DNA of 64,000 bases from Pararobbsia alpina (GTDB lineage: Bacteria > Pseudomonadota > Gammaproteobacteria > Burkholderiales > Burkholderiaceae). Position numbers and translations under genes: made by a program. A model generated the notes under the pieces. It was given only the letters and a program-made list of their open reading frames with translations, was not told where the DNA came from and ran no database searches. Of this stretch, positions 1 through 7,971 are shown in pieces; positions within the stretch are counted from its first letter, which is position 1, and every line of letters starts with the position of its first letter. The stretch lies in the NCBI RefSeq assembly GCF_965118125.1, contig NZ_OZ221287.1, positions 423,238-487,237 of the forward strand. Reading direction: 5' to 3'.

Positions 1-34
1 GTACACGTATCAGTGGCTGCGCGGTACGCAGCCG

Positions 35-1318
35 GTGACGGGTGCGACCTCGCGGACGTACGACACACCGGCGACGACGGCTGCCGATAACGGTTCGGCC
101 TATAGCGTCAACGTAACGGGCCCTGACGGCACGGTGTCGGCGTCGAACCCGGCCACGCTGTCGGTCAACAGCACGAAGCTGAACTACACGGTTAAGCCGG
201 GCTTTATCACGGTCGACCTCGCGAACAATACACAGGGCGCCTATACGGACGATCAGGTGTACATCGTGGGCATCGGGCGCGATCCGGTCACGAACGTGTT
301 CTCGTGGCTCAATCCGGATGGCACGCTGACGCCGATGTCGGTCGCCGACAACACCGCGGCCAATCACCTGACGGCGCCGGCGAACGGCCAGAGCTACCCG
401 AACCACGGCTTCTCCCTCGCGCAGTTCAAGTCGATGGTAATTCCGCCGATGGGCGCAGGCCGTCTCTACGTGTCGCTCGGCAGCCCGCTGTATATCGCGG
501 TCAATCAGGATATCAACGGCAATGTCGCCTTTGCAGGCCCGAGTCCGCAGAACACGTCGGACCCGAACGAAAACATCAACTTCGACTGGTACGAGTTTTC
601 GTACGGCGGAAACGGTGTCTGGATCAACACAACGCAAGTCGACGAGTTCGGTTTCCCGCTGACGGAAGACGTCTACGCGCAGGGCGGAACGTGGCACCAG
701 CAGACCGGCATCACGCAGCACCATGCCGACCTGATGGCCGCCTATGCGAAGGAAGTCTCGAGCGCGTTCCAGCCGGTGCCGTCGTCGCCGTATCGAATCA
801 TGTCGCCGGGCCTGAGCACGTTCGCGGCGGGGCAAGCGAACAGCACGTACTTCGACGCGTATATCAACGAAGCCTGGACGTATTACGCGTCGCATGACTT
901 CGTCGTGACGGTCGGTGCGCGCCAGTTCAGCGGTCGTACCCAGGGCGACACGATCGTGTTCAACGAAGTGAACCTGAACAACGGTCAGTTCCAGGGCGAA
1001 GTGGCGAACATCGGCAAGCCGACGACGACGCAAGTGATCCAGGACAGCGGGCCGCTTGCATCGGGCACCGCGGTGGAGCAGGCGATCGAAGCGCAGATCG
1101 GCGCGGCATTCAACCGTCACGTCGTCGAGGATGTGACGAAGTGGAGCACGCCGTCGGCGTGGTACGCGGCTTCACCGTCGAATGAATACGCGCGCTTCTG
1201 GCACGACCACAACGTCAGCGGACTCGCCTACGGCTTCTCGTTCGACGACGTGGACAACCAGAGTTCGACGATTCAGTCGCCGAATCCGGAGCACATCGTG
1301 CTGGGTATTGGATGGTGA
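35..1318 (+). CDS. Secreted glycoside-hydrolase-like protein, candidate GH64-type beta-1,3-glucanase (thaumatin-like fold). The 5' end may lie upstream of the window.
   Basis: 427-aa ORF open to the window start. It has Asn/Thr/Ser-rich carbohydrate-active-enzyme composition, conserved-looking blocks (GRLYVSLGSPLYIA, INFDWYEF, GFPL) reminiscent of GH64 laminaripentaose-producing glucanases, and is followed by a GC-rich hairpin plus T-run. The family assignment is from memory and not verified. Confidence 0.45.
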   Translation: MTGATSRTYDTPATTAADNGSAYSVNVTGPDGTVSASNPATLSVNSTKLNYTVKPGFITVDLANNTQGAYTDDQVYIVGIGRDPVTNVFSWLNPDGTLTPMSVADNTAANHLTAPANGQSYPNHGFSLAQFKSMVIPPMGAGRLYVSLGSPLYIAVNQDINGNVAFAGPSPQNTSDPNENINFDWYEFSYGGNGVWINTTQVDEFGFPLTEDVYAQGGTWHQQTGITQHHADLMAAYAKEVSSAFQPVPSSPYRIMSPGLSTFAAGQANSTYFDAYINEAWTYYASHDFVVTVGARQFSGRTQGDTIVFNEVNLNNGQFQGEVANIGKPTTTQVIQDSGPLASGTAVEQAIEAQIGAAFNRHVVEDVTKWSTPSAWYAASPSNEYARFWHDHNVSGLAYGFSFDDVDNQSSTIQSPNPEHIVLGIGW

Positions 1319-1421
1319 TCGACGTGTGATCACGCCGCGACTGAAGCATGACCGGCGCGGACGCCGCGGTAACCCCGCAGTGTTCGCGCCGGGCTGATTC
1401 ACCGCTGAGGTGGTATTAAAA

Positions 1422-1456
1422 GGGCGCCCGATTTCGCGGCGCCCCCTTTCATTTTT
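1422..1456 (+). terminator. Rho-independent terminator after the glucanase-like gene
   Basis: Hairpin GGGCGCC-cgatttcgc-GGCGCCC followed by CCTTTCATTTTT. Confidence 0.45.
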
Positions 1457-1468
1457 AAGGGTGGTTCG

Positions 1469-1909
1469 ATGCGGTATCGATTGGGTAGGACTCAGCGTCT
1501 GAAGCGAGGTCAACGCGGCTTCACGCTGCTCGAATTGCTCGTGGTGCTCGTGATTATCGGCATGCTCGCGGCGATCGTCGGCCCGCGTTACTTCAATCAG
1601 CTCGGCAAGTCGCAGGCGACCGTCGCGCGCGCACAGATCGACGTGCTCACCAAGGCGATCGACAACTACCGCCTCGACGTCGGACGTTTCCCGACCTCGG
1701 AAGAAGGTCTGCAGGCGCTCGTGGTCAAGCCGGCCACGGCAGACAAGTGGGGCGGCCCGTATCTGAAGAAGGATGTGCCGCTCGATCCGTGGGGTCACCC
1801 CTACGTCTATCAGGTCCCCGGCACCAAGGGTGACTACGCCGTGATCTCGTATGGCCGCGATGGTCAGCCGGGTGGAACGGGCGAAGACGCAGATATCAGC
1901 AGCGAATAA
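1469..1909 (+). CDS. gspG: Type II secretion major pseudopilin GspG
   Basis: Long basic leader, then the prepilin cleavage/methylation motif QRG|FTLLELLVVLVIIG with Glu5. The C-terminal DPWGHPY and GDYAVISYGRDGQPGGTGEDADI calcium-loop signature is typical of GspG. RBS AAGGGTGG precedes the ATG. Confidence 0.85.
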   Translation: MRYRLGRTQRLKRGQRGFTLLELLVVLVIIGMLAAIVGPRYFNQLGKSQATVARAQIDVLTKAIDNYRLDVGRFPTSEEGLQALVVKPATADKWGGPYLKKDVPLDPWGHPYVYQVPGTKGDYAVISYGRDGQPGGTGEDADISSE

Positions 1910-2052
1910 GGCGACGGGAGCGCGCACACGTGTAGCGCAGCGCACGAGACGCTCGAGATCGGGCGATTCGGCGAATGCCACGGGGGTGTGTCTCGCTTCA
2001 CGTTTCGTCACCCGTGCGTCGCGAATATCGACGCCATGTTTAGCCGAGCATC

Positions 2053-3240
2053 ATGCAATACGAAGTCAGAGCGCTCTCGCCGGACAATCAGATCGTCGCC
2101 CTCGTCATCGACGCACAGGACGAGCGTGATGCGCGCGCGCAGGTCGAAGCGCGCGGCCTGCACGCGACCCGGCTCGCACCCGTGCGAAGTTTCAGGCGCG
2201 CAGCCGGCGGGCGCGGCGGTATCTCGCTCGTGTTGTTCAGCCAGGAATTGCTGGCGTTGCTGTTAGCCGGCCTGTCGATCGTCGAAGGCCTTGAAGCGCT
2301 GCTCGAACGCGAAGGCGGCGCACGGCTGCGCGTCGTGCTCGAACGATTGCTTGCCGGCCTGCGCGAAGGCAAGCGTTTCTCGAGCCTGCTCGCCGAGCAG
2401 TCTGATGTGTTTCCGCCGCTGTACGTCGGCATCGTGCGCGCGGCCGAGGGCACCAGCGATCTGCCGCGCGCCCTCTCGCGCTACGTCGATTACCAGGCGC
2501 GCATCGATACGGTCCGCAACAAGCTCGTCAGCGCGGCGATCTACCCGAGCATCCTGCTCGTCGTCGGCGGGGGCGTGTCGGCCTTCCTCATTGCTTTTGT
2601 TGTGCCGCGTTTCGCGACCATCTACGAAGGGACGGGACGTGCGCTGCCCTGGATGTCGCAGGTGCTGCTCGACTGGGGCAAGTTTGCCTCGTCGCATGGA
2701 CTGCCGCTTCTCGCGGGTGCCTTGGGCGCAGGCATTGCCATTACGGCAGCCGTACGCGCGACCATCGCAAAGGTCGGACTCGTGAGTCTGCTCGGCCGCG
2801 TGCCCGTGCTTGGACCGCATTTGCGGATCTACCAGCTTTCGCGGCTCTACCTGACGCTGGGCATGCTGCTCGAAGGCGGCATTCCGATCGTCGCCGCGAT
2901 GGAGACGGCCAGCGGCACCGTGTCGCCCGGGCTACGAGAAGGGCTGATGCGCGCACGCGCTGCCGTGCAATCGGGCGACGCGCTGTCGAGTGCATTCCAA
3001 TCCGAAGGGCTGACCACCCCGATTTCGCTGCGCATGCTGCGCGTGGGCGAGCGCTCCGGCGAAATGGGCACGATGCTCACACAATCGGCCGCGTTTTACG
3101 ACGGCGAGATCAGCCGCTGGATCGACCGCTTCACGCGCATGTTCGAGCCGCTGCTGATGTCGGCGATCGGGCTGATCGTCGGCACGATCGTCGTGCTGCT
3201 CTATATGCCGATCTTCGACCTCGCGGAAAGCCTCTCATGA
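2053..3240 (+). CDS. gspF: Type II secretion inner-membrane platform protein GspF
   Basis: 395 aa with the two-repeat GspF/PilC architecture and a three-TM topology. Its stop overlaps the gspE start (ATGA). Confidence 0.85.
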   Translation: MQYEVRALSPDNQIVALVIDAQDERDARAQVEARGLHATRLAPVRSFRRAAGGRGGISLVLFSQELLALLLAGLSIVEGLEALLEREGGARLRVVLERLLAGLREGKRFSSLLAEQSDVFPPLYVGIVRAAEGTSDLPRALSRYVDYQARIDTVRNKLVSAAIYPSILLVVGGGVSAFLIAFVVPRFATIYEGTGRALPWMSQVLLDWGKFASSHGLPLLAGALGAGIAITAAVRATIAKVGLVSLLGRVPVLGPHLRIYQLSRLYLTLGMLLEGGIPIVAAMETASGTVSPGLREGLMRARAAVQSGDALSSAFQSEGLTTPISLRMLRVGERSGEMGTMLTQSAAFYDGEISRWIDRFTRMFEPLLMSAIGLIVGTIVVLLYMPIFDLAESLS

Positions 3241-5096
3241 CGCAAAGAGAATCGATGGACGCGATCGAAGCGATTGGAACGTTTGAAGCGACCGACGCGA
3301 CCGAAACAATCGAAGTCGTGACACCAACGGCGGCAATCGGCTCGGCGAGCCGGATGAGCGCGACGCAATCCCCTGGGTCGACGGGGCAAATCGGAGCGAT
3401 GGGCGCAACGAGGCCGGCGAGCACCGCGGAGTCGCTTTTCGATATCGAAACGCTTTCGCGTGCCCGCGAGCAAGCCGCGGTGTCGCAGCGGTCGATCATC
3501 GTCGAGCTCGAAGCGCTGACGGGTGTCGAACCCCGGCAAGTGTTGCAATCGCTCGCACAGATGCTTGCCATGCACGTCATCGAGACGTCGGACATGCTGG
3601 CGATGAGTCCGGCATTCGACCGCGTGCCCTTGTCGAGAGCGATGCAGCGGCGGTGCGCGTTGCTGCGTGCAGACGGCGGCAAGCTTGTCGGCGTGACGAC
3701 CAACCCGTTCGATCTCGATCTTCAGACGTGGCTCGGTGCACAGGCGGGTGCCGAGGTCGACGTGCGGCTCGCCTTGCCGTCTGACCTTCAGGCGTACCAC
3801 ACGCGCATGGAAGAGTCGGCGCGCGCGATCGACAGTCTCGTGACCGAAGGCGGCGATGCGCGGGTCGACGGTCGCACGGCACAGGTGCTCTCGTTCGAAA
3901 CGGTCAGCGAGGCAGCGAGCCCCGCGGTCAAGCTCGTGAACTCGACGCTCTACGACGCGCTGAAGGCAGGCGCATCCGATATCCACCTTGAAAGCACCGC
4001 AAGTGGCCTTGCCCTGAAATATCGCGTCGACGGTGTGCTCGATTCGGCCGCGACGATTCATGGCGTTGAAACGGCCGAACAGGTGATCTCGCGTCTCAAG
4101 GTGCTCGCCGAGCTTGATATCGCTGAGCGTCGCGTGCCGCAGGACGGCAGCTTCCGCGTGGCGGCAAGCGGGCGCGACATCGATCTGCGCGTGTCGATCA
4201 TGCCCAGCATTCACGGCGAAGATGCCGTGATCCGGATTCTCGACAAGCGCGCGATGATCGAGGCCTATGGTTCGCTCACGCTCGAAGCACTCGGGTACGA
4301 CAGTGAATCGCTTGTCGCGCTGCGCGCGCTCGCCGAGGAGCCCTACGGCATGCTGCTCGTGACCGGGCCGACGGGCTCCGGCAAGACGACGACCTTATAC
4401 GCGGCATTGACGGAGATTCATAACGGCCGCGACAAGATCATCACGATCGAAGACCCGGTCGAATACCAGCTGCCCGGCATTCTGCAGATCCCCGTCAATG
4501 AGAAGAAAGGCCTGACGTTCGCGCGCGGCCTGCGCTCGATTCTGCGGCATGACCCGGACAAGATCATGGTCGGTGAAATCCGCGATCGCGAAACGGCCGA
4601 GATTGCGGTGCAGTCGGCGCTGACAGGTCACCTTGTGTTGACGACGGTCCACGCGAACAACGTATTCGATGTGTTTGGCCGCTTCGGACATATGGGCATC
4701 GATCCGTATGCGTTTGTGTCGGCCCTCAACGGCATCTGGGCACAGCGACTGTTGCGCGTGAATTGCACGCATTGCTCCGTGCCCTATGTGCCGACCGATG
4801 CCGAACTCGCACGAGTCGGACTCACGCGCGCCGATGTCACGACGTTTAATTTCATGCAGGGGACAGGGTGTGGTGATTGCCGCGGTACCGGGTATCGAGG
4901 CCGGCGCGCGATCGCCGAGATCCTGATTCTCGATGACGAGATTCGCGACATGGTGGTCGAGAAGCAGCCCATCCGCGCGATCAAGGATGCGGCGCGCCGC
5001 AACGGCACGCGGCAACTACGCGAAGTGGCATTGGGCCTGGTCAAGCGCGGCGAGACCACGCTGACCGAAGTCAAGCGGGTGACGCTCAATGCTTAA
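3237..5096 (+). CDS. gspE: Type II secretion / type IV pilus assembly ATPase (GspE/PilB family)
   Basis: T2SSE_N-like N-domain, Walker A GPTGSGKTTT, Asp box, Walker B and His box, plus a C-terminal tetracysteine Zn motif CTHC...CGDC. Confidence 0.85.
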   Translation: MTQRESMDAIEAIGTFEATDATETIEVVTPTAAIGSASRMSATQSPGSTGQIGAMGATRPASTAESLFDIETLSRAREQAAVSQRSIIVELEALTGVEPRQVLQSLAQMLAMHVIETSDMLAMSPAFDRVPLSRAMQRRCALLRADGGKLVGVTTNPFDLDLQTWLGAQAGAEVDVRLALPSDLQAYHTRMEESARAIDSLVTEGGDARVDGRTAQVLSFETVSEAASPAVKLVNSTLYDALKAGASDIHLESTASGLALKYRVDGVLDSAATIHGVETAEQVISRLKVLAELDIAERRVPQDGSFRVAASGRDIDLRVSIMPSIHGEDAVIRILDKRAMIEAYGSLTLEALGYDSESLVALRALAEEPYGMLLVTGPTGSGKTTTLYAALTEIHNGRDKIITIEDPVEYQLPGILQIPVNEKKGLTFARGLRSILRHDPDKIMVGEIRDRETAEIAVQSALTGHLVLTTVHANNVFDVFGRFGHMGIDPYAFVSALNGIWAQRLLRVNCTHCSVPYVPTDAELARVGLTRADVTTFNFMQGTGCGDCRGTGYRGRRAIAEILILDDEIRDMVVEKQPIRAIKDAARRNGTRQLREVALGLVKRGETTLTEVKRVTLNA

Positions 5097-6015
5097 GCGC
5101 CTCGCACGGGCTGTCTCACGGTTCCGGCCACGCGGGCATTGCGTGATCACCGTGTCACGCGAGGGCGTGTCGGCCCACCGTGTGCAGAGCGCACGCCGGC
5201 CCGGACAGGTTGTGGCTTTTCGTGCGCTGGGGCGTCCCGAGGACGCCGAGGCGGATGCGCTGGCTGCGCTGCTCGTGTCGGCGATCGACGAGGTCGACGG
5301 CCGCGGACTGCTGATGCATGTCACCGTGAGCGATGACCTCGCGCGCTATTTCATCGTGACCCCGCCGGCAAATAGCGCTCGCGTGCAGGATTTGCGTGCC
5401 GCTGCCTCGATTCGTTTTCAGACGCTGTACGGCGACTCCGACGCACGCTGGCATCTGGTTGCGGACTGGCAGGCCGCCGAGCCGTTTCTCGCGTGCGCGG
5501 TGCCGCGTCGCGTGTCGGCCGCGCTCGAACAAGCGGTCGCCGCGACGCGTGGGTGCCTGATCTCGGTGACCCCGGAGTTTGCCGGCGCATGGAACCGCGT
5601 GCGCAAGCAGCTCGGTGCGGATGCATGGATCGCAACATTGAACGGCCGCGTGCTGACGCTCGGCCTCGTGGGCGCCGCGCCCAAAGCGCGGCTTGTCAGC
5701 GTGCGCACGCTCGTGTTGCCCGAGCCCGTGCCGCCGCTCGCGTGGCTGCGCGAGCAGATCGCGCGCATGGCGCTGCTCGATAACGTGGTGCCGCCGTCGA
5801 TCCTGTTTGTGCAGGGCGAACCCCTTGAAGCGTGGCAAGGAGGCGGCGCGGCATTCACGGCGTCGGGCCGCGAAGCGATGTCGGTGCGATGGATTCGCTC
5901 GGGTGTCCGCGTGAAATCACGCGACAAGCGCACGGGTTCGCGCGTCGGTTCGACCGCAGGTGCGCTTGCATCACGCTTTGCGTCGCGCATCACGTCGGGC
6001 AGGTCGACGTCATGA
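5089..6015 (+). CDS. PilM/GspL-like cytoplasmic (actin-like) assembly protein
   Basis: 308-aa soluble protein translationally coupled between gspE and a PilN-like gene. The assignment rests on position and a weak fold-level resemblance only. Confidence 0.45.
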   Translation: MLKRLARAVSRFRPRGHCVITVSREGVSAHRVQSARRPGQVVAFRALGRPEDAEADALAALLVSAIDEVDGRGLLMHVTVSDDLARYFIVTPPANSARVQDLRAAASIRFQTLYGDSDARWHLVADWQAAEPFLACAVPRRVSAALEQAVAATRGCLISVTPEFAGAWNRVRKQLGADAWIATLNGRVLTLGLVGAAPKARLVSVRTLVLPEPVPPLAWLREQIARMALLDNVVPPSILFVQGEPLEAWQGGGAAFTASGREAMSVRWIRSGVRVKSRDKRTGSRVGSTAGALASRFASRITSGRSTS

Positions 6016-6563
6016 GACCTCTGTCGCTCGACCTCGCACCGTTCAGCCTGCGACGGGAACTCCATCGCATCCGGCCCGCGGCGAAGCTGTTTGCGCTGAT
6101 CGGCGTCGTGCTGTGCGTGTTGGCGGGCATTCGCATTCACGATCGCCTTCAGCATCTCGAGGCGCTCGATCGCGAGGCATCGCGGCTGACCGCACGCGCC
6201 GAGCGCATGGCGCGCGCATCGACGTCGATCAGGACCGAGCCGATCGATGTGAAACAAGGCGCGGCCGTCAATGCTGCGGTCGGTCGGCTCAATCTTCCAT
6301 GGGACGCGTTGCTCGATGCGATCGAAGCGGCGACACCGTCCCAGATCGCGCTGCTGGCGATCACGCCGGCACCGGGGCGCTCGTCGATTCGCATCGAAGC
6401 CGAATGCAGCGCGAGCAAGGACATAATCGATTATCTCGGCGCGCTCGAAGCGCAGCCCGTGCTGGCCGCCGTCAATCTGGTCAAGCACGAGGTCGTCAAG
6501 GACGGTGTGGAGAGCGTGATCCGGTTCGATATTGAAGTGCAATGGCGGGGGACGGCATCGTGA
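6012..6563 (+). CDS. PilN/GspM-like bitopic inner-membrane assembly protein
   Basis: ATG at 6012 overlaps the upstream stop (ATGA). Short cytoplasmic N-terminus, single TM (LFALIGVVLCVLAGI), a coiled-coil region, then a periplasmic domain. The ORF-track start at 5832 was trimmed. Confidence 0.5.
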   Translation: MRPLSLDLAPFSLRRELHRIRPAAKLFALIGVVLCVLAGIRIHDRLQHLEALDREASRLTARAERMARASTSIRTEPIDVKQGAAVNAAVGRLNLPWDALLDAIEAATPSQIALLAITPAPGRSSIRIEAECSASKDIIDYLGALEAQPVLAAVNLVKHEVVKDGVESVIRFDIEVQWRGTAS

Positions 6564-7441
6564 ACGCCACCTTGTCGAATCTTGGCCGAGGCCTGCTGAG
6601 GATGCGCCTTGCGATTGCCCGGATGGGCATCGGAGCGTCGTTCGCCGCCGTGCTCTTGCTCGGCGCCGCCGGGCTATGGGTCGTGGTGTTGCCTGGCGTG
6701 TCGACGCGGGTCGACGACCAGGCTCACGCGGTGGCGCTTGCGCGCAAGGCGCCTTTGCCGAAGCCCGTCGTATCGGCCCCGGCGTTGGCGTCGCAACGGC
6801 TGAATGCGTTCTATGCAGGGCTTGGCGATGGCGCACACACGGAGCAAATCGTCGGTCGCTTATTCGACGCTGCTTCGGAAGCCGGTGTCGTCCTTGATCG
6901 CGCCGAATACAAGCCCGCGCACGATGTGCCAGGTCGCTTCGATACGTACACCGTGATCTTGCCGTTGAAGGGCGACTACTCGAGCCTGCGACGCTTCAGC
7001 GAAAAAGTGCTCGTCACGATGCCTTATGCGGCACTCGACGATATGCGCTTCAAGCGCAATTCCGCGGGCGACCCGATGGTCGAGGCCAACCTGCGCTTTA
7101 CCGCATTTTTGCGGCCGGTGACGTGGGCGCCGATGGCGGCGGCCGCACCGGCAACCGCACCGGCGACCGCAGCCCCAGCGGCAAGCGACGCAGCAAGTGC
7201 CGCGTCGATCGCAAGTGCATCATCGGCAGCATTGCCCACTGCGTCGTCGGCCGTGGCAGCACCGGTACCCGCAGTGAGCGCTCCCATCAGAGTCGTGGAA
7301 TCCGGATCGTCGTCAGTATCCGTAACGGGGACGATTACCGTTATATCGCACGGCGCGACAGATATTCCGGCGATGCCGACCGTGCCGTTACCACCGTCTA
7401 TGGCACTGGCCCGAGATGCGACGCGCGAGGGACGTCCATGA
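6542..7441 (+). CDS. PilO/GspM-like inner-membrane protein with a Pro/Ala/Ser-rich C-terminal linker
   Basis: N-terminal TM (GASFAAVLLLGAAGLWVVVL), a periplasmic domain, then a low-complexity APATAPATAAPAAS tail. The start may be at 6602. Confidence 0.45.
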   Translation: MAGDGIVNATLSNLGRGLLRMRLAIARMGIGASFAAVLLLGAAGLWVVVLPGVSTRVDDQAHAVALARKAPLPKPVVSAPALASQRLNAFYAGLGDGAHTEQIVGRLFDAASEAGVVLDRAEYKPAHDVPGRFDTYTVILPLKGDYSSLRRFSEKVLVTMPYAALDDMRFKRNSAGDPMVEANLRFTAFLRPVTWAPMAAAAPATAPATAAPAASDAASAASIASASSAALPTASSAVAAPVPAVSAPIRVVESGSSSVSVTGTITVISHGATDIPAMPTVPLPPSMALARDATREGRP

Positions 7442-7971
7442 AGCGCAACCACGTCATCCTTGCCCTGATGTTCGTTTCGACCGCGGCCACTCTGGTGTTC
7501 ACTCGCAAGAACACATCGGACGACATTGTCGAAGCCGCGCCGCGCACGCATGCGGCCGCGCAGCCGTCGCAGTCGTCCCGTTCGAGTCATGGCGGCAGCA
7601 CAGGCACCGTGGGTATCGCTGAAGTGCAAACACGCGCCACACATGACGGTGCCGACGCCGCGCATCGCAAGGTCTTCGGCGCAACCGTGGTCGGCGCGCC
7701 CCTGCCTTCGGCTGCGCCCGCCGGCTCGGATATTCCCCCGCTGCCGACCGGGCCGCTCGTGCCGGATATGCCATTCACGTACATCGGCAAGCAGTCGTCG
7801 GACGGACGGTGGGAGGTCTATCTCTCTCGCGGCGACGACACGCTGATCGTGCGAGAGCAAACGATTATCGATGGGGCGTATCGCGTTGAATCGATCGCTC
7901 CCCCGACCATGACGCTGGTGTATCTGCCAACGAAACTGGTCCAGACCATGGACATCGGCAGTGCCGACTGA
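7438..7971 (+). CDS. PilP/GspC-HR-domain-like periplasmic lipoprotein or secretin-interacting protein
   Basis: Internal ATG at 7438 gives a signal/anchor MKRNHVILALMFVSTAATLV. The C-terminal beta-domain (YIGKQSSDGRWEVYLSRGDDTLIVREQTIIDGAYRVESI) resembles the PilP/GspC HR domain. Confidence 0.4.
   Translation: MKRNHVILALMFVSTAATLVFTRKNTSDDIVEAAPRTHAAAQPSQSSRSSHGGSTGTVGIAEVQTRATHDGADAAHRKVFGATVVGAPLPSAAPAGSDIPPLPTGPLVPDMPFTYIGKQSSDGRWEVYLSRGDDTLIVREQTIIDGAYRVESIAPPTMTLVYLPTKLVQTMDIGSAD

Noticed and set aside
5418-6836. 472-aa minus-strand ORF, plus similar long antisense ORFs at 3201-4214, 8690-9901, 13742-15088, 14838-15689, 18251-20122, 22471-23388, 56061-57098 and 57615-58823
   Set aside because: All lie opposite or off-frame to genes with clear homology, have Arg/Ala/Pro-rich low-complexity composition, and have no RBS or conserved motifs. 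They are GC-rich open-frame artefacts.
7123-7437. 5' part of the 282-aa ORF preceding the PilP-like gene
   Set aside because: Overlaps the C-terminal low-complexity tail of the PilO-like gene in another frame. The internal ATG at 7438 gives a proper signal peptide and abuts the upstream stop.
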